Source of the DNA: an uncultured bacterium
GTDB taxonomy: Bacteria > Omnitrophota > Omnitrophia > Omnitrophales > Abzuiibacteriaceae
Direction: 5' to 3'
NCBI GenBank assembly: GCA_964387845.1
Contig: CAYLXA010000011.1
Coordinates: forward strand, 32,001 to 96,000
Length of the DNA stretch: 64,000 nt
Below the pieces are notes generated by a model. It worked only from the letters and a program-made list of their open reading frames with translations. It ran no database searches and was not told the DNA's origin. This document shows, in pieces, positions 17,877 to 26,384 of this stretch; the stretch's first letter is position 1; each line of letters starts with the position of its first letter. The position numbers and the translations under genes were made by a program.

Positions 17877-18170
17877 ATGCTGCTAACCGAAGAAGAAGTC
17901 CAGAATTATTTAGGAGTTGACCGTTCTCATATTGAAAGGTTGATGAAACGCGGGAAACTCACGGCTTTTCGTGTCGGCGGCTCCTATCTCCGATTCCGCA
18001 AAGAGGAAGTCATTGCACTTAAAGCAGGTAAGCGCTTTGTGCCGGCCGAACAAATGGGCCGCAGGAGTTGGCTGGATCGTGCGCGTGATTTTTGGAAGTT
18101 TTACAGTTTTTATGTCCTCTCGTCGATTTTGATTGCACTCGCGGTTCTCCTGATTATCCAATACATCTAA
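17877..18170 (+). CDS. Excisionase-type HTH (HTH_17) DNA-binding protein with a C-terminal transmembrane anchor
   Basis: The N-terminal segment LTEEEVQNYLGVDRSHIERLMKRGKLTAFRVGGSYLRFRKEEV is the HTH_17 signature. The C-terminal segment FYVLSSILIALAVLLIIQYI is a hydrophobic helix. Confidence 0.6.
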   Translation: MLLTEEEVQNYLGVDRSHIERLMKRGKLTAFRVGGSYLRFRKEEVIALKAGKRFVPAEQMGRRSWLDRARDFWKFYSFYVLSSILIALAVLLIIQYI

Positions 18171-18175
18171 TATTC

Positions 18176-18556
18176 ATGACCGTTCCGTTCCAAATTGGCG
18201 TTGATATCGTGAGCGTGCGCCGGATGGAAGAATCCATCAAGCGTCACGGAAAATCCTTTCTCGATAAAGTATTCACGGCCGGCGAGCAATCTTATTGCGA
18301 AAAAAAGCGCAATAAGTATGAAAATTACGCTGCACGGTTTGCTGCCAAAGAAGCAGTGATTAAAGCCAAGGGCGGCGGTGCGGGCCGGATGCGTTTTAAA
18401 GATATCGAAGTCAAACGAGGCAAGAACGGCAAGCCATTTATTTCGATTACTCCTCAAGTCCGGCGTGAAATGTTCATCAAACCAAAAGCCGAATTTGAGC
18501 TGACTATGGCGCACGAACGGGAATTTGCGATCGCAACCGTCCTGATGTCAGCCTAG
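18176..18556 (+). CDS. acpS: Holo-[acyl-carrier-protein] synthase (4'-phosphopantetheinyl transferase)
   Basis: GVDIVSV(R)R…F(A)AKEA(V)IKA motifs typical of AcpS. About 126 aa from the ATG at 18176. Confidence 0.85.
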   Translation: MTVPFQIGVDIVSVRRMEESIKRHGKSFLDKVFTAGEQSYCEKKRNKYENYAARFAAKEAVIKAKGGGAGRMRFKDIEVKRGKNGKPFISITPQVRREMFIKPKAEFELTMAHEREFAIATVLMSA

Positions 18557-18560
18557 CGCT

Positions 18561-19268
18561 ATGCGTTATCTGATCGTTAACGCCGACGATTTTAATCTCA
18601 CCCAAGGTATTTCCCGCGCGGTTTTTTGCGCGCATGACCGCGGCATTGTGAATTCCACAAGCGTGATGATTAATTTTCCGCTGTCCTCATATCAAATATC
18701 GGGCCTCAGTAAACGCCCGGGCCTTAGCGTTGGGCTTCATTTGAATGTCACATCGGGTTCTCCGAAATTCAAAAAGGCAAGCGCATACCTATCCGGCAAA
18801 TTTGACCCGCATGTTTTATTCGCTGAATATGAATCACAGATCAAAAAGTTTCAAACAGTGTTTAAAAGGAAGCCGGATCATTTAGATACGCATCATCACA
18901 TTCATGCATCGCCAAAAGTTGCGTTGGTCTTATCCAAAATTTCGAGAAAATATAAAATCCCGGCCCGTCGGTCGGCTACGCTTCGAAGCGCAGCGACAAC
19001 CGATTATTTTTTTGGGAATTTATCGCCGCAAAAATATTGGACTCACACAAGTTTGCTGACGATTCTTGAAAACTTACCGCAGGGGACGAGCGAAATTATG
19101 TGTCATCCCGGTTTTGTTGATTCCGACCTGCGTTCCAAAAGTTCGTTCTTAAAGGGGCGCGAATGCGAGCGCAAGCTTTTTTCGAAACGATCATGGCGCT
19201 TGTTTTTGCGCCGCCACGGCATTCAACAGGTAAAATTTTCAAGCCTGCTTCCGGGCTCTGTGTTATAA
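18561..19268 (+). CDS. ChbG/HpnK/YdjC-family carbohydrate deacetylase
   Basis: N-terminal LIVNADDFNLTQG (YdjC signature NADDFG). 235 aa. Confidence 0.7.
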   Translation: MRYLIVNADDFNLTQGISRAVFCAHDRGIVNSTSVMINFPLSSYQISGLSKRPGLSVGLHLNVTSGSPKFKKASAYLSGKFDPHVLFAEYESQIKKFQTVFKRKPDHLDTHHHIHASPKVALVLSKISRKYKIPARRSATLRSAATTDYFFGNLSPQKYWTHTSLLTILENLPQGTSEIMCHPGFVDSDLRSKSSFLKGRECERKLFSKRSWRLFLRRHGIQQVKFSSLLPGSVL

Positions 19269-19278
19269 TACGCGGCTT

Positions 19279-20049
19279 ATGAGAGTCCTGATTACCAATG
19301 ACGATGGTATTCACTCGCCGGGGTTAAGGGCGATTGTGGATGCGATCCACAAAGAAGCCGAATGCCTGGTAGTAGCACCGCACAAGGAAAGGTCGGCGAC
19401 GGCGCATTCTATTTCTCTTTATGATGAAATTTGGGTCGAATCGGTTCACATCGGGGACGGGCTAAAAGGATATTCGGTCGAAGGAACGCCGGCTGATTGT
19501 GTGAAATTTGCGTTTGCGGAGCTTTTGAAGAAGAAAGTCGACCTCATTATATCGGGCATTAACCTGGGGTTAAATACGGGTATCAGCGTTTATTATTCAG
19601 GGACTGTGTCGGCGGCGCGTGAAGGATTGATCAACGGCGTTCCGTCGATCGCCATTTCGCAAGGCAAGCAGCAAACGCGCGATTTCGCATATGCCGGGAA
19701 GCTCGTATCAAAGTTGGTGCATGGCTATAAAAATTTACATTTTCCGAAAGATACATTTTTAAATATCAATGTACCTCCCGTCGAATCTCAGCAGGTGAAA
19801 GGGATTCGAGTGACGAAACAGGCGCATTCACGGTTTGACGAATGGTTTGAGGAAATTAAAAAATCCGGATCTAACGGCCGGAAACCGTATCAAGTCCGCG
19901 GCGATATCGAAATTTTAAGTCCGGACGGCACGAGCGATGAAGAAGCGATTCGAGAAGGTTATGTGTCGATGACGCCACTTCTTTTGGATTCAACGCATTA
20001 CAAGCAGATGTCCCATTTTGAGAAATGGGTGAGGGATAACGGAATTTAG
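19279..20049 (+). CDS. surE: 5'/3'-nucleotidase SurE
   Basis: MRVLITNDDGIHSPGL N-terminus. 256 aa. Confidence 0.9.
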   Translation: MRVLITNDDGIHSPGLRAIVDAIHKEAECLVVAPHKERSATAHSISLYDEIWVESVHIGDGLKGYSVEGTPADCVKFAFAELLKKKVDLIISGINLGLNTGISVYYSGTVSAAREGLINGVPSIAISQGKQQTRDFAYAGKLVSKLVHGYKNLHFPKDTFLNINVPPVESQQVKGIRVTKQAHSRFDEWFEEIKKSGSNGRKPYQVRGDIEILSPDGTSDEEAIREGYVSMTPLLLDSTHYKQMSHFEKWVRDNGI

Positions 20050-20066
20050 TTTTTTGGAAATTTGAA

Positions 20067-20258
20067 TTATTTCGGAACGGCGCCGTCAAGTGTCTCGAAC
20101 ACAATGGTGACGAGGCTGTGGCAGCGCGGGCACTTGATTTGCTTGAAAGCTTGGATGTTGTCGTGTTTGGGCCGGTACATAATGCTCAAGATCTTGGTTG
20201 AGAACTTGGCTTCTTCGCCGGACCACTGACAGGATGTACAAGCGTATGTCTGTTTCAT
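20067..20258 (-). CDS. Small zinc-ribbon protein (two CxxC pairs), hypothetical
   Basis: 63 aa with CTSC…CPRC. It converges on the surE end. Confidence 0.4.
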   Translation of the reverse strand: MKQTYACTSCQWSGEEAKFSTKILSIMYRPKHDNIQAFKQIKCPRCHSLVTIVFETLDGAVPK

Positions 20259-20469
20259 CGTGTAGAGTTGTATCGGCAGCGGGTTAGCGAACTTAAGAAA
20301 TTTGCAGGAAATTTTTAAGATTTTTTATCAGTAATACTAGATTTAGTGGTATCTAAGGTAAAATACCACAGGATTATGGGTAGCCCCGCGTCGCTGACTT
20401 TGTCAGCTCCTGGGGCGAACATCTTCCTTTATGAATAAGCACCTGAGACTTTTAAGGCAGAAGATATTC

Positions 20470-20542
<73 letters not shown>

Positions 20543-20594
20543 AATTTAGTTTTTGATATGTTGTTGTTTGTTATCACGTTGTACTAATCCTTGT

Positions 20595-20680
20595 GCCGAA
20601 GTGGCGGAACTGGCAGACGCGCTGGACTCAAAATCCAGTGGTGCTCAAACACCGTGTGGGTTCGATTCCCTCCTTCGGCA
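20595..20680 (+). tRNA. tRNA-Leu (anticodon CAA), class II with long variable arm
   Basis: The acceptor GCCGAAG/CTTCGGC is followed by the discriminator A. The anticodon stem CTGGA/TCCAG carries the loop CTCAAAA. A long variable arm is present. 86 nt. Confidence 0.85.
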
Positions 20681-20797
20681 CTGATTTTCATTAAAAATTA
20701 AATAACACTATTTGGGAATCAGCGCTGCCCCTGAATCTCGATAAAACACGTTTTTTCGTTTCTTGATATTCAGGGGCGGCACTGACTTTCATTAAAG
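20676..20797. repeat. 20-nt direct repeats CGGCACTGAYTTTCATTAAA (20676-20695, overlapping the tRNA-Leu 3' end, and 20778-20797) flanking an 82-nt palindromic insert
   Basis: Repeats with 1 mismatch. The insert carries a 10-bp inverted repeat GCCCCTGAAT/ATTCAGGGGC. Confidence 0.55.
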
Positions 20798-20872
20798 TGT
20801 TCCATTCGATTATTAATCAAAGTCAGCGCCTGCACTTGAGTGGCAAAACTCAAGTGCGGCACGTGTAAAGTT

Positions 20873-23329
20873 ATGACCGACAAACACAAACCCTATCCAT
20901 TCGACCAAATTGAACCCAAATGGCAAAAGCATTGGGTTCAAAATAAAACTTTTAAGACGCCGGATCCGGGAGAGCCGGGAAGCGAAAAGCCGAAATTTTA
21001 CATTCTCGACATGTTTCCGTATCCTTCGGGTGCGGGGCTTCATGTCGGCCACCCGGAAGGCTACACTGCCACCGACATTCTCGCACGCTATAAACGTATG
21101 CGTGACTTCAATGTCCTGCATCCGATGGGCTGGGATGCGTTTGGACTTCCGGCCGAGCAGCACGCACTTGAAACCGGCACGCACCCCAAAGCCACCACCG
21201 AGAAAAACATTGGTGTTTTCCGCAGGCAAATCCAATCGATCGGTTTCAGCTACGACTGGGACCGCGAAGTCGATACAACCGATCCCGATTATTTCAAATG
21301 GACACAATGGATTTTTCTCCAACTGTACAAAAAAGGGCTCGCTTACGAAGCGGAAGTTCCGGTGAATTGGTGCGAAGCGCTTGGGACTGTGCTCGCCAAC
21401 GAAGAAGTGATTGACGGCAAATCGGAGCGCGGCGGCCATCCGGTTGTGAGAAAGCCGATGCGGCAGTGGATTTTAAAAATCACGGAATATGCGGACCGGC
21501 TGCTGGAAGATTTGGAAGAACTGGATTGGTCGCCTGCTATTAAAGAAATGCAGCGCAACTGGATCGGAAAGTCCGTCGGTGCTGAAGTGGATTTTCAAGT
21601 AGCGGGTTCGAATGAGAAAATCCGCGTATTTACAACTCGTCCCGATACTTTATTTGGCGCGACTTACATGGTTTTAGCGCCTGAGCATCCGCTTGTCAAA
21701 AAAATGGCAACCGCTGATCAGAAAAAATTTGTTGAAGCTTACATTGATCAGACCGCGCGTAAAACTGACTTGCAGCGCACAGACCTAGCCAAAGAAAAAA
21801 CGGGTGTCTTTACCGGCGCTTACGCCATCAATCCCGTCAATCAAAAACAAATTCCGATTTGGATTGCGGATTACGTTTTGATCAGTTACGGCACAGGAGC
21901 CATCATGGCAGTTCCTGCGCACGATGAGCGCGACTTTGAATTTGCGACAAAATTCAAACTCCCGATTGTCGAAGTGATTTCAGGCGGCAATATTTCGAAC
22001 GAAGCTTTCACCGGTATCGGAAAATGCATCAACTCAACCACGCCGGATAAATCATTTTCTATCGACGGACTTCCGAGTGACGCTGCAAAGGAAAAAATCA
22101 CAAAATGGCTCGAAGATAAAAAAATCGGCGAGAAATCAATTCAGTACAAGCTGCGCGACTGGCTTTTCTCGCGCCAGCGGTATTGGGGCGAGCCGATTCC
22201 GGTGATTCATGTCGACGGCAAACCAAAACCGCTTTCTGAGAAAGATTTGCCCATCATGCTTCCAGAAACTAAATCTTACAAACCAACCGGAACCGGCGAA
22301 AGTCCGCTCGCCGGGATTCCGGATTGGGTCAACACCAAAGATCCTGAAACAGGGAAGCCGGCGAAACGCGAAACCAATACGATGCCGCAATGGGCCGGTT
22401 CCTGCTGGTATTATTTGCGCTACCTGGATCCGAAAAATGGCAAACAACTCGTTGATCCCAAAAAAGAAAAATATTGGATGCCGGTCGACCTTTATGTCGG
22501 CGGTGCCGAGCACGCGGTGCTTCATTTATTGTACGCACGCTTTTGGCATAAAGTGCTTTACGATGCCGGCGTGGTTTCAACAAAGGAACCTTTTCAAAAA
22601 CTTGTTAATCAAGGAATGATTTTGGGCGAGGACAATCAGAAAATGTCCAAATCGCGCGGCAATGTGATCAATCCCGATGACGTGATCCGCGAATATGGCG
22701 CAGACAGTCTGCGGCTTTATGAAATGTTCATGGGCCCGCTTGAAATGGTGAAGCCGTGGTCCATGCGCGGGGTGGAAGGTGTTTCACGGTTTTTGGCGCG
22801 TGTTTGGCGCCTTTTTGTTGATCGTGACGACAAGCTTCAAAAAACGATTGAAAACCGGCAGCCGACGAATGATGAATTACGCGTTCTGCATCAAGCGATT
22901 CAAAAGGTGACGGACGATCTGGACAACATGCGTTTCAACACAGCGATTTCAGCGCTGATGGTGTTTGTGAACGAAATGACAAAAGCTGCAACGCAGCCAA
23001 AATCAATGCTCGAAACCTTTCTGCTGCTTTTGGCGCCGTTTGCGCCGCACATTGCCGAAGAACTTTGGAGCCGGCTGGGGCATTCGCAAACACTGGCTTA
23101 TGAAAAGTGGCCTTCTTACGATAAGAAGTACTTAGTTCAGGACGAGGCCGAAATTGCCGTTCAAGTATTGGGTAAAATCAAGGCACGCATCGTCGTTTCG
23201 CGCAATATATCGGAAGATGAATTAAAGGCAAAAGTACTCGAACTTCCTGATATTAAACCCCTTATCGACGGCAAAAAGATAAATAAAATCTTTATAGTCC
23301 CCGGGAGATTGGTTAATATCTTAGTCTAA
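20873..23329 (+). CDS. leuS: Leucine--tRNA ligase
   Basis: HVGHPEGY (HIGH-type) motif, KMSKS as QKMSKSRGN, and a large CP1 editing insertion. 818 aa from the ATG at 20873. Confidence 0.92.
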   Translation: MTDKHKPYPFDQIEPKWQKHWVQNKTFKTPDPGEPGSEKPKFYILDMFPYPSGAGLHVGHPEGYTATDILARYKRMRDFNVLHPMGWDAFGLPAEQHALETGTHPKATTEKNIGVFRRQIQSIGFSYDWDREVDTTDPDYFKWTQWIFLQLYKKGLAYEAEVPVNWCEALGTVLANEEVIDGKSERGGHPVVRKPMRQWILKITEYADRLLEDLEELDWSPAIKEMQRNWIGKSVGAEVDFQVAGSNEKIRVFTTRPDTLFGATYMVLAPEHPLVKKMATADQKKFVEAYIDQTARKTDLQRTDLAKEKTGVFTGAYAINPVNQKQIPIWIADYVLISYGTGAIMAVPAHDERDFEFATKFKLPIVEVISGGNISNEAFTGIGKCINSTTPDKSFSIDGLPSDAAKEKITKWLEDKKIGEKSIQYKLRDWLFSRQRYWGEPIPVIHVDGKPKPLSEKDLPIMLPETKSYKPTGTGESPLAGIPDWVNTKDPETGKPAKRETNTMPQWAGSCWYYLRYLDPKNGKQLVDPKKEKYWMPVDLYVGGAEHAVLHLLYARFWHKVLYDAGVVSTKEPFQKLVNQGMILGEDNQKMSKSRGNVINPDDVIREYGADSLRLYEMFMGPLEMVKPWSMRGVEGVSRFLARVWRLFVDRDDKLQKTIENRQPTNDELRVLHQAIQKVTDDLDNMRFNTAISALMVFVNEMTKAATQPKSMLETFLLLLAPFAPHIAEELWSRLGHSQTLAYEKWPSYDKKYLVQDEAEIAVQVLGKIKARIVVSRNISEDELKAKVLELPDIKPLIDGKKINKIFIVPGRLVNILV

Positions 23330-23337
23330 CAGCGATG

Positions 23338-23414
23338 CTTCAAGCTACAAGACTCAAGCTTCAGGCTTCAAGATAGTGCGTTTCTGCTTGTAGCTTGTAG
23401 CCTGTAGCTTGCAG
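23338..23414. repeat. Inverted arrays of tandem heptamers, (CTTCAAG-like) x5 (23338-23372) and (CTTGTAG) x4 (23387-23414), around a 14-nt loop
   Basis: Left arm CTTCAAG CTACAAG ACTCAAG CTTCAGG CTTCAAG. Right arm CTTGTAG CTTGTAG CCTGTAG CTTGCAG (rc = CTACAAG). Read directly from the sequence, between the leuS stop and the GH35 start. Confidence 0.7.
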
Positions 23415-23430
23415 TTTGAAATTTGAAACT

Positions 23431-25467
23431 ATGCGACACATCCAGGTTAAAGATCGTCAGCTTCAGTTCGGCAACAAAAAAATCCCCCTTATCAGCGGCG
23501 AAGTTCATTACTGGCGCCTCAATCCCAGCTACTGGAAAGCCATTCTTACCAAAGTCAAGGAAATGGGCCTTGATATTGTTTCTACCTATGTGCCGTGGGA
23601 TTATCACGAATACAAGCAAGGCAAATTCGATTTTCATGGCAAAACGGATGAAACCCGCAATCTCGTAAGCTTTCTGGAGTTAACACGCAAGATGGGTTTT
23701 TGGGTCATCATCCGGCCCGGTCCTTATATTTACAGCGAATGGCCGAATGACGGCATTCCTTCTTACGCCTATAAATATCACCGCCTTCATCCCAAGTTCC
23801 TGGGATACGCCGAAAATTATTTAAGAAAAGTCACCGCCGTCATCAAACCATATTTGGCATCGCGTTCCAAAGGCCACATTGTTCTTGTCCAAGCCGACAA
23901 CGAAATCGATCCGTGGCCGGATGCATTCGGGCATCAATACGGACTTGCCGGAAAACCCGGCATGTTCCAGGAATTTTTGAGCCGGCGTTACGGCGGCGAT
24001 ATTGATTTGCTCAACCGAAACTGGAAAACCGAATACAAAAGCTTCAACGAGGCCGGCCCGTTTATTGCTTGCATGATGAAAGATGAGCGCGGGCTTCCTT
24101 TAAAGGGTGATAAAGAACTCCGCCGAAATCTTGATTATTTTGAATTCAAATATGATTACGCACATCAGTGTGCCAAATGGAATATCGAGATATTCCGCAA
24201 GCTCGGCGTCGATGTTCCGCTCTATTTGAACCTGTATCCGTTTTTTTATGCCCACGATTGGGCGCGCATGCAGTCTGAAAGCGATATGGTCGGAGTCGAT
24301 CTTTATCCTTCCAATGAATTAATGGAAGATGAGCATGAACACCGCAAGATGGTTGACAAGATCCGATATTTAAAGAGCATTTCGAAAGTTTCTTATATTG
24401 CCGAATTTGCCGCAGGTGTCTGGCATGCGCGGCATTATGAATCCGGTGTCCTGATGCCGAATCACTACCGCCTGATCACACTTTCCGCTTTGCAGGGCGG
24501 TGCGGCCGGATGGAATTGGTATATGCTCGTCAATCGCGACAATTGGTACATGTCGCCCATTAACGAATGGGGAAGGCCGCGCGCCGAGCTTTATCACGTT
24601 TTCAAAGACTTGGTTCATCTTTATCGCGAACTTGATCCGCCGTCATTGGAAAAATTAACGAACATCGCTGTGACGTTCAATCCCATTCAATATGCGGCGC
24701 GCACGATGCCGGTCGAAAGCCAGATTTTGACGGCGCTTTATGAAGCTGACCTGGATTATGAATTTATCAACCCCGAAATTGGATTGAGCGACAAGCCGAT
24801 TCTGTTTTATTCCGGTAATCAATGGCTCGGCAGGAAAGCGCAGAATAATTTAAGAAAGTACGTGGAGAAAGGCGGTATTTTGGTGGCATTCCGCAATTTT
24901 CCGAGAAAAGATGATAATTTCGAAACCTGCGATATTTTGGGCTTTGAGGAACCCTCCCGGATTTTATTTGAATTCCGTAGGAAGTTTGTCATCAAGCTTG
25001 ATAAAAAATCCAGCGCAGAAGCGAATAGCTCGGTTTTTAGTTATGATCACTGCAGCGGCAAACCGGTCAAGGTGGATTTTGGCAATTACGGTTCCCATAT
25101 CATCGGTTATGAGAAAAAAGTAGGGAAAGGCACGATTTTCCACTTGGGCGTGGAACCGACGAAGGAAATTATTCTGGCTATCCTTAGCTATTTCGGAATT
25201 GCGATTTATACCCATACGACTACGCGCGATGTTAAAACCAGCTTATTTCGGAAAGGGAAACGTTTTTATTTGATCGCGGTCAATAACGGAAAAGAAGACA
25301 AAAGCGCCGTGGTCGAATTGGGCCTCCCCAACGGGCGGGTCAGGCGCGTCAAAGCTACCGACCTTCAAACGCACGAAGAAAAAGAATATGTTTGCCATCA
25401 AGGTGTTTCGGTAAATGTCGATATTCCTAGAAAGGACGGCAAGGTCTTAGAAATCACTATTAAATAA
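23431..25467 (+). CDS. Glycoside hydrolase family 35 beta-galactosidase-like protein, no signal peptide
   Basis: N-terminal GH35 pattern (…ISGEVHYWRL…GPYIYSEWPNDGIP…VQADNEID). About 680 aa. ATG at 23431 was chosen over the TTG at 23416. Confidence 0.75.
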   Translation: MRHIQVKDRQLQFGNKKIPLISGEVHYWRLNPSYWKAILTKVKEMGLDIVSTYVPWDYHEYKQGKFDFHGKTDETRNLVSFLELTRKMGFWVIIRPGPYIYSEWPNDGIPSYAYKYHRLHPKFLGYAENYLRKVTAVIKPYLASRSKGHIVLVQADNEIDPWPDAFGHQYGLAGKPGMFQEFLSRRYGGDIDLLNRNWKTEYKSFNEAGPFIACMMKDERGLPLKGDKELRRNLDYFEFKYDYAHQCAKWNIEIFRKLGVDVPLYLNLYPFFYAHDWARMQSESDMVGVDLYPSNELMEDEHEHRKMVDKIRYLKSISKVSYIAEFAAGVWHARHYESGVLMPNHYRLITLSALQGGAAGWNWYMLVNRDNWYMSPINEWGRPRAELYHVFKDLVHLYRELDPPSLEKLTNIAVTFNPIQYAARTMPVESQILTALYEADLDYEFINPEIGLSDKPILFYSGNQWLGRKAQNNLRKYVEKGGILVAFRNFPRKDDNFETCDILGFEEPSRILFEFRRKFVIKLDKKSSAEANSSVFSYDHCSGKPVKVDFGNYGSHIIGYEKKVGKGTIFHLGVEPTKEIILAILSYFGIAIYTHTTTRDVKTSLFRKGKRFYLIAVNNGKEDKSAVVELGLPNGRVRRVKATDLQTHEEKEYVCHQGVSVNVDIPRKDGKVLEITIK

Positions 25468-25484
25468 GAAAGCATCCGCCCGAT

Positions 25485-26375
25485 ATGTACGAATCGTTTT
25501 TCGGATTTAAAGAGTGCCCCTTCAACGTTACCCCAGATCCCAGGTTTATCTTCTTTAGCCGTCAGCACACCGAAGCTTTTTCGAGCTTGCTTTATGGAAT
25601 TGAATCCCGGAAAGGTTTTATTGCCGTTACCGGCGAAATCGGAGCCGGAAAAACTACGCTTTGCCGCCTTTTGCTTGAGAAATTAAAAGGCCGCGCGAAA
25701 ACATCGTTGATTTTAAATCCGAATTTATCGGAATCCGAGATTTTGCTTTCGGTGGTTGAAGATTTCGGCGTGGGTGTGCGCAGAAGCCTTTATCCGCAGA
25801 ATGTAGAGAAAGATTCAAATCTGGTGATCTTGCCGCCCGTTTCGGGAAATAAAAAAAGATACTTTGATTTATTAAACCGCTTTTTGCTTCACGAGTTTGA
25901 ACAGGGGTCGAACGCCGTATTGATCGTGGATGAAGCGCAGGATTTAAAACCAAGAGCGCTTGAGCAAATCCGCCTGCTTTCGAATTTAGAAACAGACAAG
26001 CACAAACTGATTCAAATCATTCTGGTCGGCCAGCCCGAACTTCGAGATACCTTGAACAGCCCGAATTTGGAGCAGCTCCGTCAGAGAATCGTGGTTTCCT
26101 ATCATCTGCGTAATCTCGATTTGAACGATACCAAAGCCTACATCATCCATCGTCTTCGTGTGGTGGGCTGGATGGAAGAAATGCTTTCGATCGATGCGTC
26201 TGCGTTTGAAGCAATTTACCGCTGCACGGAAGGCATTCCGCGGCTCATCAATGTTTTGTGCGACCGGACGCTTTTGTCGGCTTATGCAAAAGGCGCGCGG
26301 GCCGTGAACGCTTCCAATGTGGAAGAAGCCAGAAGTGATTTGGCATGGATACCGGAGATGGCCGCCGCTGCTTGA
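25485..26375 (+). CDS. GspA/ExeA/MshM-like AAA ATPase (AAA_22) lacking a peptidoglycan-binding C-terminus
   Basis: N-terminus FFGFKECPFNVTPDPRFIFFSRQHTEA…, Walker A GEIGAGKTT, Walker B LIVDEAQ. 296 aa. Confidence 0.7.
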   Translation: MYESFFGFKECPFNVTPDPRFIFFSRQHTEAFSSLLYGIESRKGFIAVTGEIGAGKTTLCRLLLEKLKGRAKTSLILNPNLSESEILLSVVEDFGVGVRRSLYPQNVEKDSNLVILPPVSGNKKRYFDLLNRFLLHEFEQGSNAVLIVDEAQDLKPRALEQIRLLSNLETDKHKLIQIILVGQPELRDTLNSPNLEQLRQRIVVSYHLRNLDLNDTKAYIIHRLRVVGWMEEMLSIDASAFEAIYRCTEGIPRLINVLCDRTLLSAYAKGARAVNASNVEEARSDLAWIPEMAAAA

Positions 26376-26384
26376 GGTCATGAC

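Noticed and set aside
20681-20872. T-box riboswitch upstream of leuS
   Set aside because: Hairpins are present. The conserved T-box sequence (AANNNGGGTGGNACCGCG) and an antiterminator bulge are not recognisable by eye.
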